Below are positions 34,531-48,270 of a DNA stretch of 64,000 nt, one piece after another. How positions within the stretch are numbered: position 1 is the stretch's first letter; each line of letters begins with the position of its first letter. The notes below the pieces were generated by a model that saw only the letters and a list, made by a program, of their open reading frames with translations, made no database searches and was not told where the DNA came from. The stretch covers positions 48,608,001-48,672,000 of the forward strand of contig CM060731.1 of assembly GCA_030704615.1 (NCBI GenBank). Reading direction: 5' to 3'. The stretch is from Takakia lepidozioides (Eukaryota > Plantae > Bryophyta). A program made the translations under genes and the position numbers.

Positions 34531-37041
34531 ATGGGCACATACCACCTTGGAAGTGGTTGTGGGTTCAATCCGCTAATTGGTGTCACCAGGTGTACTCCAC
34601 CTGCATCCTGGAAGGCAGTAGCCCTTTGGGATCACACCATAATTTGCGCTTTCTTCAGTGTCATATATATATATATATATATATATAACGCCTCCCCAAG
34701 GAAGCGTAACTTATGGAGTCACTTCACCCCCCCCCAAGGGCTACTGCCTTCCGCTAGGAAGGTGGACACCTTCATGACACACCGGACCGTGGTTTGACAT
34801 CCAACGTGGTATGTGCCCATTACCACTGGGCTACATGCTGGTTGTCTTAGCGTCATATATATGTATATTCTACGATCTACCAAACTATGCTTTTATTATA
34901 ATCTCACTATTTTCTAGTTGTAGATCTGCTTATGCTAATGAAATCATATTCTCACGAGGAAGGTTTGTGATATTGAGCCGGGATCTCTAACAAGGTTTTT
35001 GAGTCATGTAGGATAACAAGTTTGAACCAGGCAAAATATTTGTGATGAGTGGCAGCTTGGGTAGCACCTATGTCATTGCCAACACTATTAAGACATGGCC
35101 AAAAATGGGTAAACCATTGATTTCTGTTTGATGGTTTTATAATAGGGACACTGCCCGGTAATCTGTATGTCACGGTAATGTGACGTGTAGGCGCCAGGTG
35201 GGAGCCATGTCAACGCCTCTCTGCCTGCAGCAGCTGCTTATAGTGTGGTAGGCAGAGCGGCACACGGCCCTCCCTTAAACCAATAGAGGGTCCGAAATTG
35301 AGTGCTGCTGCCCCTCTTGCCGCTAGTGTGGTATCTCCCTAAAACTAGTCTTACTCGTCACTAACATTTAATACACCATTATCTTTTATTATTTATTTTT
35401 ATTTTAAAGGGAAGGAGGGCCGCCCTCAGCACTAAGTCCCAAGCGTAATGAGCTCATGCCCGGGCTGCTCCTCTTGCTGGCCTGAGTGCCAGGGAGCCTT
35501 AGTGCCGCCCCACCGAGGGGGGAAGCCGTGACCCTTGGAGGGGAGGCACCCCTTGAGAGCTTTATATTAAGATTATTGAAGGGAAAATTTACTTGCTATG
35601 GTTACTCGATGACTTGTTAAGTTTATCTCCAAAATACAAATGAGTATAACTATGCATCTTGCTTATAATTACCTCACATACATTACATATTATATTATAT
35701 ATTATAGAATAAAAGCCACAACCACTGTCCTAGTATTGTCCTATCATGAGGCCATGCCATCTAATGTAACAAAAATCTTCTTCTATGCTAATAACTGTCA
35801 CAGTGCATTATTTACTATGCTTACTATGTTATTTACAATATAATTAAGTCAAAGATATATTTAATTATAAGAAGAGGAACTGAAGGTCACATTTGCAAGG
35901 CATGTGGCACAGCCTGGGGATGCCAGGTGATGCTGTAGGGGCCGGCTGCCTTGCTTGGTTTGCTTTGTGTCTCCGGGCTGCCAGATGGGCTATTCGGCAA
36001 AGGTGCTCAAGAAAATGTCACCCTCTGCTCTGATTGTCAACTGTTCACACCGTTGGGCTTACTCCCTTCTTTGCCGCACTATAATTGCGGCTTGCCATCG
36101 CTCTCTGATCGGCTGCTCCTCTGCTCTTGCGTACGTCCAGTGACCCTCCTATTTTTTTTTCAGATTCGCTGTACTCTCTCAAAGCTAATTTGGTGATAGT
36201 TTTGATCTAGACCCTAGTCGTTTTCTTCCTGGCCTCTCGGCTGCTAGCTCCCAGAGCTGCTCTAGCCAAGAATGCTCCTTCTCAGCTTTCTCGGGCAGGC
36301 AGGCTGGCACAGCTCTTTGCTGCGTCCTCTCTCAATGCTGGCAGCTTAGTCAGGCGCTGGTCATGTTCCCAGACCTGGCGGCAGGGCTTTCTTTCGAGAA
36401 ATAAGAAATTAATAATTTTAGAATCTAGATTAATTACCTGTAGTATTATTTTAGTTGGACAGACGATGGTCAGGGGCAACAAGTTTGAAGGGGGGGATGG
36501 TTTGTAGTCAAACAAAGCGGTGCTCACAATCCAACACGTTTTTCAGATCTTGCAACACTGTACTGTGGTGCTTGTGTACAGAGAAGGCGGTCAACGTGCA
36601 GGTCTGCTCGTACTCCGCGGTCTCCACCCCGCGGCTCCTCACCTCCACACTGACTTCACTTGTGAGATACAACATGGGCCTGCGCATTACATATTATAAT
36701 CTTGAGCGCAGTCGTGGGCCCTGGGTCCCACATAACTAGCTACTCTGTGCACTCCTTATAAGTACAGCTCCTCCTCTCATTGCCATCACTCTCCAATCGA
36801 ACTCCGTATTGAGTATCTCAGACATATTGAATTATATCTACCAACTTCTCCAGTTTGAATTTTGTGAGACATGTATCCACCTTACAGCTGCTACTAATCA
36901 CCTGCAGCTCCATCCATTACAGAGTTTACTTCTGTACTGAGATCTGTAGCTCACACCACAGCCGCCCTCTATCATTGGGAAGTAAATAAATTTCTAAATT
37001 TCTCCATTAGACCTACAGGTCTGTACTAAAGTTCTGCGAGG

Positions 37042-39202
37042 ATGGTGATGGCCGACGGAGCTCGTGTGAGCGTCAATGGCAATGGCATCAAAGCTCAGCA
37101 CGAGGCTAGTTTGGAATCTTTTTGCGCAAAGGTGGAGCTTGCGGACCCTCTGAACTGGGGGCGAGCAGCCTCAGCCCCGCAAGGCAATCATCTGGACGAG
37201 GTTAAAGATATGGTGAAAACATTCTACGGCGCAACCCAAGTAGCCATTGAAGGGGTGACCTTGACGGTTGCTCAAGTGGCAGCCGTGGCCCGCCGACCAG
37301 AGGTGAGAGTGGTGCTGGATGCTGCCAATGCCAAGGGTCGCGTTGATGAAAGCTCCAACTGGGTTCTCCAGAAGATCATGAACGGTGGGGATATCTATGG
37401 GGTCACAACTGGTTTCGGAGCCACCTCTCACCGGCGTACACAGCAAGGGGTGGAGCTCCAGAGAGAGCTCATTAGGTTTCTGAATGCTGGAGTTTTGGGC
37501 AAGGGCAACACCCTCCCAGCGTGCACCACGCGGGCAGCCATGCTTGTGCGCACCAACACGTTAATGCAGGGATTCTCTGGCATTCGTTGGGAGATCCTGG
37601 AAGCCATGGAAAAGCTTTTGAATGCTAATGTCACACCCAAGTTGCCACTGCGAGGGACCGTCACCGCTTCTGGAGACCTTGTTCCCTTATCTTACATCGC
37701 GGTACTACTTACTGCCAGGCCCAACTCCAGAGCTGTCACCGAGGACGAACAGGAAGTGTCAGCCTTGGAAGCTGTGAGACTCGCCGGGGTCGAGAAACCT
37801 TTTGAAGTGCAGCCCAAGGAAGGCTTGGCCATTGTCAATGGAACGGCGGTGGGGTCAGCCTTGGCATCCACAGTCTGCTTTGACGCCAATGTGATGGTCC
37901 TACTGACTGAGGTTCTTTCGACCCTGTTCTGTGAGGTGATGCAAGGAAAGCCTGAGTTTGCTGATCCCTTGACGCACAAGCTGAAGCACCTCCCAGGCCA
38001 GATGGAGGCGGCTGCCATTATGGAGTGGGTGCTCGATGGAAGCTCATACATGAAGGCAGCAGCAAAACTGCATGAGACTGACCCTTTGAAGAAACCCAAG
38101 CAGGATCGATATGCGCTACGGACTTCCCCCCAATGGCTGGGCCCACAGGTGGAGGTGATTCGCAATGCCACACATGCCATTCAAAGAGAAATCAACTCTG
38201 TCACGACAACCCAATCATTGATGCTGTCGGGGACAGGGCCCTTCATGGCGGGAATTTCCAGGGGACTCCCATTGGAGTCTCCATGGGAAGCTCATGTTTG
38301 CACAGTTCTCTGAGCTGGTAAACGACTACTACAACAATGGCCTTCCTTCAAACCTGAGTGGAGGACCTAACCCAAGTCTGGACTACGGAATGAAGGGCGG
38401 GGAGATCGCCATGGCTTCATACCTCTCGGAGTTGAACTACTTGGCCAACCCAGTGACCACCCACCTGCAAAGCGCTGAGCAGCACAACCAGGATGTCAAC
38501 TCACTGGGTTTAGTGGCTGCAAGAAAGACCGAGGAAGCTATTGAGATTCTGAAGCTTATGAGCTCCACTTTCTTGGTGGGTCTATGCCAGGCAGTAGACC
38601 TTCGCCACATCGAGGAGACGATGCAGACGGCAGTGAAGCAAATTGTGTCCCAGGTCGCCAAGAAGACGCTCTTCAGAGGTAGTAACGGCGAACTTTTGCC
38701 ATCACGGTTCTGCGAGAAGGACCTTCTCCTCCTGGTGGATCGCCAGCCTGTATTCAGCTACATCGATGATGCCAGCAGTGAAACTTACCCCTTGGTGCAG
38801 AAACTCAGGGAAGTCTTGGTGAGTCATGCGCTCCAAAACGCCAAGAACGAAAAATCGGAGACTACATCAGTGTTCCACAGGATCGCAATCTTTGAAGAGG
38901 AGTTGAAGACGCGCCTGAACATTGCTGTACCTTTGGTCCGGGAGTCCTACGATAACAAGGGGTATTCGGCCGTGCCAAACCGGATTGAAGACTGCAGGAC
39001 ATACCCTCTCTACAGATTTGTGAGCTCAAAATTAGGGACCCAGTTGCTGTCAGGCTTGACTATGTCTCCTGGTCAAGAGATTGAGAAGGTGTACAATGCC
39101 ATCTCCGAAGGCAAGCTTGTGGATCCTCTTCTCAAATGTGTTGAAGGTTGGACTGGGACACCCGGCCCTTTTGCCCAGCGCTGCAAAGGCGGATTACATT
39201 AG
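37042..39202 (+). pseudogene. PAL: Phenylalanine ammonia-lyase pseudogene (inverted paralogue of 2393-4569)
   Basis: Very high similarity to the first copy. Carries a 1-bp deletion at ~38203 (NSVND motif), a 31-bp deletion at ~38286 (removes [10 protein letters not shown]), and substitutions YIAG>YIAV and KHHP>KHLP. Confidence 0.92.
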
Positions 39203-40509
39203 ATAGTAGATCGTCACAGGGATTCGGAACTTTTAACTTGACTTCCGACATGCATCATATATGCATTCATTGAGCAACCGCTGAAGTAGAACATAAGGAA
39301 AGATGTACATGCATAGAGGCTCTTTATTACAATTCATTAAACTAGTCATTCATAGTCTCTCGTGACAAAAGCTTTAGAAGCTTTCGAGTAGACCTACATG
39401 TCCATAATTCTTGACGGCCCCGTCACCCAGTATACACAGAAGGGCTCTTTATGACCCTGTTTTACCTGAAGTCACCAGAACTCATGACGTCCGCAGAATT
39501 CATAGCTTCCGCATGTCCAGAATGTTGTTCTGTCACTTAACTCACGCTGCTGGTGGGACGTAATTTCAATTTGAAGACTTCCGACTCTTTGAAGACTCTT
39601 CCTTGTTGACCTCCACAACTTAGGTAAGGTTTCGTCTACATGTTAGCAGATTTCATAAGACGAAAGGTACATGTGTCGCTCCAATGGAAAACTTCTCTTC
39701 CGGATGCAAATTATCACTGAACACAATCGTGTCTACTTGCAGACCTAGCTCGATCTCTTTCATCATTTTCAAGTTTCTCTGAACTCCATGTGGGATTTTG
39801 AACATTTGACCTCCAAATTACTTACGTTGTAACTCCACGAGAACTCCACTCTACATACAGATGACAAAGAAGTCCCAAATGCATCAGGACTTTCCATCTT
39901 CACAGGGTCGCATGGCTGTTGAAGGAGGTCTAAAATAGTGTCGACTGCATCTCAAAATTGTGTTGCCAGTAGTGCCGGCTACTCAGTCATACAAAATCTA
40001 GAATATTGCAACCTCAGGGAAAAAGGAAACTTAGCGATGAGTTCACAGTAGTAGACGTGGGACAACAGCAACTTCTGCCATGAAAGCAGTTTCTGCAACC
40101 TAAGCTTCTAAAATGCATGTTTGTCCCGAATTGCGCTTGCACTTGCAATACTGTATCCTCTGGATAGTGTGCCAAATTCGACAGGTGTTACTCTGTTGAG
40201 CTCACAGCGTGAGAGGCCATGTCTCCTGGTTGCCGGGAATTGGAGGGAAGCCTCGCAGCATGCAAAAGATGAACTGTCCAGGCTGTGGAACTGGAAAGGG
40301 TACAATCCAGCTTCACCCGAATGATAACTTGGATGCCTCCCAAGCCTCCAGAGCTTCCCAAAAAAGCTATGGACATGGAATCTCTGCGAGATTTCATGGG
40401 TGTGATGCGAGGCAGGCCGGATGTTGAGCACTCCGAGAGCCGAAGATTATCCGGATTATTGTCAATTTTAAGAATTACAATTGTTTGAATTACAATTGAA
40501 CAAGTTTTT

Positions 40510-41060
40510 TTTGGGGTTTCTTAAGAAGGGACTGGAATTTTTGTTTTGTTTTGTTTTGTTTTTTTGTTTTTTTTTTAAGGGAAACACCTGGGAGCGACAG
40601 CTCACAAATCAGGCCCCTTAGTAGTGAGAGGAAAAAATAACCTCTTTCATTTATGTGCCATGAGGCGAATGAGTGGGACACCGCCTAGGAACCATACCAC
40701 ACCCGTCAGTAGCAAGATTTGACCCCATACACATCTGGGCGGCACTCAGTGCACTTAACCAACCTTTCTTTGCAAACCCGGACTTCTTCCCAAGTCCCCG
40801 CCCCATGCTTCAAGTCCCCCTATGCTTGAATTGCCATGTTATGCTAAGGCTGCAGCAAGATTATTTGCTCTCAAAGCATCTCCCCCTCGTCTGGTTTGTA
40901 GTAGGAAGGGACTTGAGGCTATGGTGTTTATTGATAGTTGTGCTTCGGTTTCGAATGCAATGTCCTCTTGACAGTGGATCTCCAGAATCGAAATAACCCA
41001 TATGTTTTCAGACTTCGTAGGGATAATGCAATACCAAAGCTCTGCACCTCTGTGCCTCTC
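40510..41060 (-). mobile_element. 3' fragment of a non-LTR retroelement with an A-rich tail
   Basis: The minus strand ends ...tttcccttAAAAAAAAAACAAAA. The 3' end is shared with 5590-5770, and a degenerate ORF2-like remnant lies upstream. Confidence 0.4.
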
Positions 41061-41809
41061 CACCTATTCTTATATTCAAAACTTCTTTCATGTATGTTCA
41101 TTAATCCATCCGATAGACATCAACAATAGAAGCACTCAGCATCCATATTCTTGCGAAACACTCCCCCCTCGGCAAGCTTCATCAATTATTCATATGACCC
41201 GTTTGGTGATATCTCCTCCTCGAGCTCCTCAGATTTTCAAGTCTCTCAGATCCAAACTCAACAGGCTCCCTGCTCGACTTAGCTCCCACTAGAATCTGCA
41301 AATCCCTTCACACTCCTGCCATCTCTAACACCTGACTCGACGACATCCGTTCATTTTCCTGTAAGTCCCTTTTTACCAGCTTGGTCTATTCCTATTCTTT
41401 TTTTCTATGTCAATCTAGGCTCATGAGCAAATGCAAAATTCTATGCCTCTCGCCTATCCATTCCATCCCCTCCTCTTGGAGGGTTCTTCCATCCATTACC
41501 TACCCGCCAACCCAACATGACTTCTCTCAGATCCTTGGATGTCACAACCTCCCTCTTGCCACCCCGATCTTGGTCAAAACCTCTCTGCAAAACACTGAAA
41601 GATTCATACCTTTAAACACTTCGGGAGCCCCACATAGACTGTCTCTAAGTACCCCAGTCATGCTTGTCCAGCTCAAGAACCCGATCCACACAAGGTCTCT
41701 ATCCCACTTCTGGTTACCCTCCTTCATCCCCTCTGACAAGAAAACAAGATTCCGATTCTTCTCCTCCAGGCCATCAAATGAGACTCAATCCCTCAGCTTG
41801 TCTTCAGCC

Positions 41810-44800
41810 ATGCATGCAAGTTAATTAACTTATCCTCCTGGAACATTCGTGGCTTGGGGTCCGATTAGATGGCGCTGAAGAAAATCAAGCTATCTACGTG
41901 GCTCAGACCACTAATCCCCTCCTTCTCTGTTGTATTCTTGCAAGAACATAAGCTTTGCGATAGGAAAATTAGAAACCTCACCAATCAGCTCTGGTCTAAG
42001 GACTCCGCTCTTTGGAAACCCTCCATCGAAGGAACAAAGGGTGGTACAACGATCCTCCTCTCTCCCTCCCTCAAGCAGTTTCTCAGTAAAGATGAAGTCT
42101 GGGAAATCGGAAGAGTACAGTTCTGCTCTCTCCTAATCCCCAATGCAGGGGAACCTCTAGGTTTTATTAATATTTATGCCCCCAACGACCCGTCCCTCAG
42201 AGCAGCGCTCTGGTCAAAATTTGCCAGCATATGTCCCAACATCAAGACATCATTATATGGATTATGGTGGGGGACTTTAATATGGTGGAAAACGATAGAG
42301 ACAGAAAAAGAGAGGCTCACACCACCTATGCCCAGAGGAAGACCAATCCTGGCAGTTTCTGACCCAGACACACAGCCTGGCGGAGATTGACAGACCGTTG
42401 CTAGATCCCGCGGGCATTGCCCCATTCTTCACATGGTCCAACAACAGAGATATTGGGGACCTCAGCATGGCTAGGTTGGATCGATTCTACACCTCCCTTC
42501 CCCTAACACCTGCAATCTGTTCTTGCCCCCAAGAACCCATACCTCTTGGTTTCGAACATGCCCTAGTTTCGGCCACTCTCAAGTTGCCCAACACCCACCC
42601 CAAAGGAATTTACAAACTCAACTCTGCTCACCTCAAGATTCCATCATTCGTAGAAGGCCTCAAGAAAGCGTGGACGTCCACTGCCAACATGCTCCCCTGC
42701 CCTATCGGCAGATTTCAGGCCAAACTAGCAGTTGCATGCAAGAAAAGCCAGACCCTAAGTCAGGAGATCACAGCCTCTCAGAAGAAGAAGCAGGCCTAGG
42801 CACTTACAAAATGTCTTCGATTATGCGAGAAAAAGATCGAATCTCGCTCATGTGATTCCCACACATTTCAAACCTACCTAGATGCGCGCCACAACCTGGA
42901 CCAATTCCATCTCCAAAGGGAAAAGAAAATGAAGATGCAATTGGGTATTAACTGGTCAACCAGAGGAGCAAGATGTCTAAATACTTCTTCCAAAAGTTGA
43001 AACAACGAAGAGCCAGTCAAACTATTTTTGAGCTCTACATTGATCCTCATAGTACCTCTACAACCTCTATCACGAGGCAATGTGTACCTCGGATTTCAAT
43101 CACTTCTCCTCCTTATTTCAGGCTGACCCAAAAGACCACCTCTTCCCTGATAGACTCAGAGATTGTCTTCGAACCATCCCTCAGTCTCTTCAAGGTGAAG
43201 ATAATATCTCCCTGGACAGAGACCTTGACCCCCAAGAGATAGAAATCGCCCTTAAAGCCATGAATAACAACAAAGCTCCGGGTTTGGATGGAATGCCGGT
43301 GGAATTCTACAAATTATTGTGGACCACTATTGTAAAGGATTTCTGCGTCATGGCCAACGCCATCAAAGGCCAAAACTTCATGTTTGGTTTTGTTCCAATT
43401 AACTTTGAATCCGGAAACACTGCAGAATCGGGATAGGGTGCTTTCTGCCGCCTCCAAAGAGGATTGGGTCGCCTCGAGAATGAGGAACGTGTCATCCACT
43501 AACATGAAGTCTTTTACCCGTCTTCAGACTGTAGTTTTGGGATTCTGCAGCCTAAGTCCTTTTACTTGAGGGTTGTCTTCCAGCATGAAGCCAAGCGCAT
43601 CTACCACGAAGAGGAAGAAGAAAGTAGCTAAGGGACAGCCCTGCCTAACAGATCTCTGAAGCTAGAATGGCTTGGATAAATGACCATTAACTATGACTCT
43701 GCTGGTGGCTCCTTGCAGGAGTATTTACACCCCACTGACAGAAGCTGGGAGGGAGCCTTGATTTCTTGAGGACCGCCATGAGGAAGGTCCAATCTACCTT
43801 GTCAAATGTTTTTTCGAAATCAAGGAGCCAGAGGGCAAGAGCTTGTCTTGAGTTTGTACACTACAGCAGATCACGGTAGTTATGACTGCCAAACCGTGGT
43901 AGTCATGGTTTTCTTGACTTTGACCATGACTGCACCATGTTTTTATATGAAATTGACCTCTCGCAGTCGTTCATACGACTGTAGTCATATGAACGACTAT
44001 CTAAGTAGTCGTCTGTATGACTACATGGCTCCGGAATGGGCGGAAGGCTGGTCAACGACAATTGACCAGATTTAGCTCACCATTCATAGTCATTTCCATG
44101 ACTACAGTGTACATGGATAAGGTTACATAGTCATGATGACTACTGGGGATTTTGTAATTTGGTGTGTATAATACAATTAAAACACCATATGATCACATGA
44201 ATGACTAATGGGTGTATTGGTTAGCAGGTAGTGAACTATAACTCTTATAGTAAAGATTGGTCATCATACTTTCTTTCCTGTTTGGTGTCACATGATATAT
44301 ACACATGCCCAAGAGTAGAATCCGCAGCAAGCTTTCACTGCAGTTTTCATGTGGTACTTCAGGCACCCAATGCGCCCAAAATGAATCCACAATGTTAATA
44401 TCTTAAAACCTACTTGCAATGACTGCATGCTCCAGTTAACAAAAATTACTAAATTTGCCCGGCTCTTTCCTTGGAGGAGCCACTTGATGGCATAGACCAA
44501 CAATGGTAAATTGTTTAAAGGGAAAATAATTCAAGCATCTTTCCTGGTTGGATTTCTCATTGAGTGGAAATGAAGACATGTATAACTAGGCTTTGGAGAC
44601 TTGTGGGTTGCAGGTTCAAACTCCTCTAAATACAATCAAATGGATAAGATGGCACTAGGGTTGGTAGGCGAGCTAAAGATAGCACGTGGTACCCTAGATG
44701 GGCTGCCACGTGGTTTTTTTTTAAAAATTATAAAATGCATTATGCTATGTGGCACAATGCGGTACGACGCGGCGTCTGACATATGTTTTTCATTTTTTTT

Positions 44801-47025
44801 TTAAATTAATCTTTTTAATCAATTGCGCCTCCCCACGTGGTGCGGCAGCGGCGACTGCAGTATGGTATATATGACTGCAGTGAGAGATATCACTTGGTTC
44901 ATCTGACTATATTCATCTGGACCGTACCATCTTGTACTCATTGTATTCACTTGGTTTGCACGACTTACAGTCATAGAAGTCATATGTACCGTTTATGACT
45001 AAATAATAGTCATATATACAGTCACAAATACCGCGATCTGTTGTAGTGGTAGCATAGGCTGATGCTTCTTGGGCCAAGAAAACATTGTCTAGAGTAAACC
45101 TGCCTTTAACGAAACCTGCTTGCCCTGTTCTAATCATGGCAGGAAGAAGGGGCTGAAGGCGCAGAGCCACGGTCTTGGAAATTATTTTATAGCCCTTTTA
45201 CTTGGAGACATCTCTAAGTCAACAATTGGAACTAATCCTACCTGGAGAGACCACCTTGGCCTAGTCTGAAAGAAGGGGAGCCAACCACCTTGTTAGGTTA
45301 TACTTTTGGAATGAATCTGACAGAAGACCAATGCATGGAACCTACGCTAAAGAAACTTAAGCAGCAGCTGACCTACTGGGGCTCCTGCCATCTATCTATT
45401 GCTGGAAGAGCCTTAGTTGCCAACCAAATCATCTTGGCTAGAATATGGTATTTTGCTTCGACCTGGGGGCCAGACAACAAAATCATCAAAGAAGTCAACA
45501 TCCCTATTGTTTCAGCAACCCCAGTTTGCATCTGCCACTAGTCAGACCTTGCCAAAACCTTCAACCCAAAAGCACCTATGGGGTCATCGCTTCTCTCCTG
45601 GCTCAAGAAAGAAACCTTCATTCTGCTCAAGGGATCGGACATAACCTCCCTTCAGCTCGACCCGACAGAATGTTGCTGGTCTTTCGAGGATGATCTGCTC
45701 CCTCTATTCTCATACTCAACCAAAAAAGGTTACAGAACCATTCTAGGGGCCAAGCCATTGACATCCAAATGGGATGGCAAATGGAACCATCTCAATTTCA
45801 GTCAGGAAAATTGGAGAGCAATCTGGTCTGGGGTTTGGAGCAAATCAAAACCGGCAAAATTGAGTGCATTTCTCTGGCAAATAGCCAATAGGGTGCTTAA
45901 GGTAGGCCAGTACTTGAATTTTGATGAGGCTCTTCTCTGCAAATGTTGCAACACCCAAATCATAGAATCCATAGAACATTGCTTGCTTCACTACCTGGCC
46001 CCAACAGTCATTTGGCTGATGGTCCAATCCTTCTACTGGACATGGGACCAAATGCCGCTGGCAGCTACAACAATCCTTCTCAACTACAATCTAGGGGAAA
46101 AATCAACTGTCTCTGACTGCCCAATCTTTGAAGCTCTTTGAACTTCAGTTCTATGGAATCTATGGAAGGGAAAAAGAAAAAGAAAAAAATATGACACCTC
46201 CCGAAGGGAGCGTAACTTATGGTGTTGCTTCACCACAACGGCTACTGCCTCCTATAGAAAGGAAGGTGTGCCTAGGCTGTGAGAATACATCTCCAACTGC
46301 CATCCTCACTATGGTTTTCTTTGATCTATCTGTTACTGCTAAAAAAGCTTGGGCATTGCTTTGTGCAACGGTCGCAAGGAAGCCAGAGCGTGAGCCCTCT
46401 CTCATCCATGCCTTCCGAGCTACTTGGGGCAAGCATGGGATCATATGCAAAGTGGCCTCACCTGTGTTTGGGCAGACACTATACCCACATGCTGGCAGGG
46501 AAGAAGGGGGAATCTCGTCAGCCTCCCCGGAATTTGAAATATCAGAAGTCAACATTTCAATAGATAGAAACTCCCGTTTCTTCCTGCTGTTGAGGATCTC
46601 TAGCTAATTCTTCTACAATATCCTCTGCCCTCTTCTCTCTCTCTCCTCTCTGCTTCCACTCGTCACTCAGTATCCCTACGGGGTTGCTCATTTCCGTTCT
46701 GTCCGCTATCTTTTTTCATTCCTAGGGCTTAGTCTTGGTCTTGGATATTTTGCTCTAATGATGGGTTTTTTTCGGAGCCCAGTTCATGTCACCAGGTTTT
46801 AATGCTATTTGATGAGGTCTCATGCCTTCGTCGGTTTTTAGTGGACTCCATATAATTCCAAGAGGCCACTCTTGGGTTACTGTTCCAGGGTTATCCAGCA
46901 GGGCCTACCGTGAGCAAAGCTTATGGCAACTCTTAAGGGTTTTAATTTTTTTCCCTTCAAATAATCAAAGCAATAAAGTTTCCCGGGGCACCGTACCCGT
47001 TCTTTAAAAAAATTAAAAAATAAAT
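41810..47025 (+). mobile_element. Degenerate L1-clade LINE ORF2 (endonuclease-RT-zinc finger) with an internal inversion and nested insertions
   Basis: APE motifs SWNIRGL, FLQEHK, INIYAPN, GDFN, RLDRFY. RT KAPGLDG on +; QAGFVKGR, DFEK.FDKVDW, RQGCPL and VDD on - (~43380-45192). Then LSIAGR, CKCC..ESIEHC, AATAAA (46972) and an A tail. Confidence 0.9.
43859..45048. mobile_element. Non-autonomous CACTA element, family 2, inside the LINE RT
   Basis: TIRs CACTACAGCAGATC / GATCTGTTGTAGTG, TSD GTA (43856-43858, 45049-45051), many ATGACT/AGTCAT subterminal repeats. Removing it rejoins the RT sequence AYA-TNSRQALALWLLDFEK. Confidence 0.9.
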
Positions 47026-47802
47026 CATAATTTATCTCTTAAACTTTAAGATAAGAAACTTTCTTATCTTTATCTTTTAAAGTCTATTTCTCCTATATTC
47101 ATGGTAAGAAGTAAGACCCTTTGCTTGGGAGCACTGTTTTTCCCCTGGAAAATGGGTCAGCTAGTTGTACAAAGGAAATTTTATTAAAAAAATTCAAAGT
47201 TTCACCAAAAACCAGGGAGCCACCGTGAGGCACACACCCTAGTCAGTGAAATAAAGAGCCAACACCCCTGAAGAGGGGGAAATCATAGGAATTATGGGGG
47301 TAATTTTATTTTTTTTGCCAAAACAAAGTGCCAATAGTTATAATCAGGAGCCTAATTTTCCCTACGTAGACCTGTAAAAACATGCCACCTGTTATATAGC
47401 GAGTTTCAAACCCTGCCACCTCATTATTCTCGCCACATGGGCGCTGCGTAGAATTTACATGTGCCCATGTGGCAATTCTGAAAAATGAAAAAGAAAACCA
47501 TTGCTTGCGAGGAATTTGGAATCTCACTAGCTAAAAACATTTAGACATCGTGAATCCTAGGGAAGATATTTAGATTTTAGAGGGTGGGGACGTGGGGACC
47601 CATTGAAAAGGATCCATATACATAGTAATAATAACTACCGTAACTGATCATGCTGCAGCCAACACGTAAGCTTCTATTAAAGTTCAATATTTAAATAGAA
47701 TATAAAGTACTGGTCGAACTCCACTGAGAAGTGCATTGCAGGGACAGAGAAACCCAACAACATTTGTGATAGAAACAGGGAGGTTGAAAAATGCATTGAA
47801 TA

Positions 47803-48270
47803 CCGTCCCTGGACAACCGTTTGGGCGATAATTAATTCAAAATGAAAGTGCCTAATCAATTCTGTGAATTTTTCAGATTTTGGCCTAATTGTTGGGAAAT
47901 TATGGGACCAAAGTGCGGTGCCTAATGCCCAAAAATTCCAGCAAAAAACTTGCAAGCCTCTTCTCATGTTGTTTTAATAAGATAAATTTTTTTTTGAACA
48001 AAAATCAATATAAATATATGCGTGCGGAAATAACTAGCCTACCAGCCTACCACAACTCAAGAGTACCATTATGTAAGAGGCTTCACCATGCACCCGCATA
48101 CCAATTTGAAAACCAGTGTACCCAATGACCAGTAAATAAATGTTTTCTCTTCTCATGTGCCTAATTATAGCATGAAGATGCCTAATTTGAGAAATTGTTT
48201 TCAAAACATGCCTAATTTTCTGATTGATTGATTTTATTATTAGGCGCAAAAATGCGTTGTCCAGGGACGG
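47803..48270. mobile_element. Tc1/mariner-type MITE
   Basis: TIRs CCGTCCCTGGACAAC / GTTGTCCAGGGACGG and a TA TSD. The empty site with a single TA is seen in paralogous sequence at ~25750 and ~29622. Confidence 0.85.
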
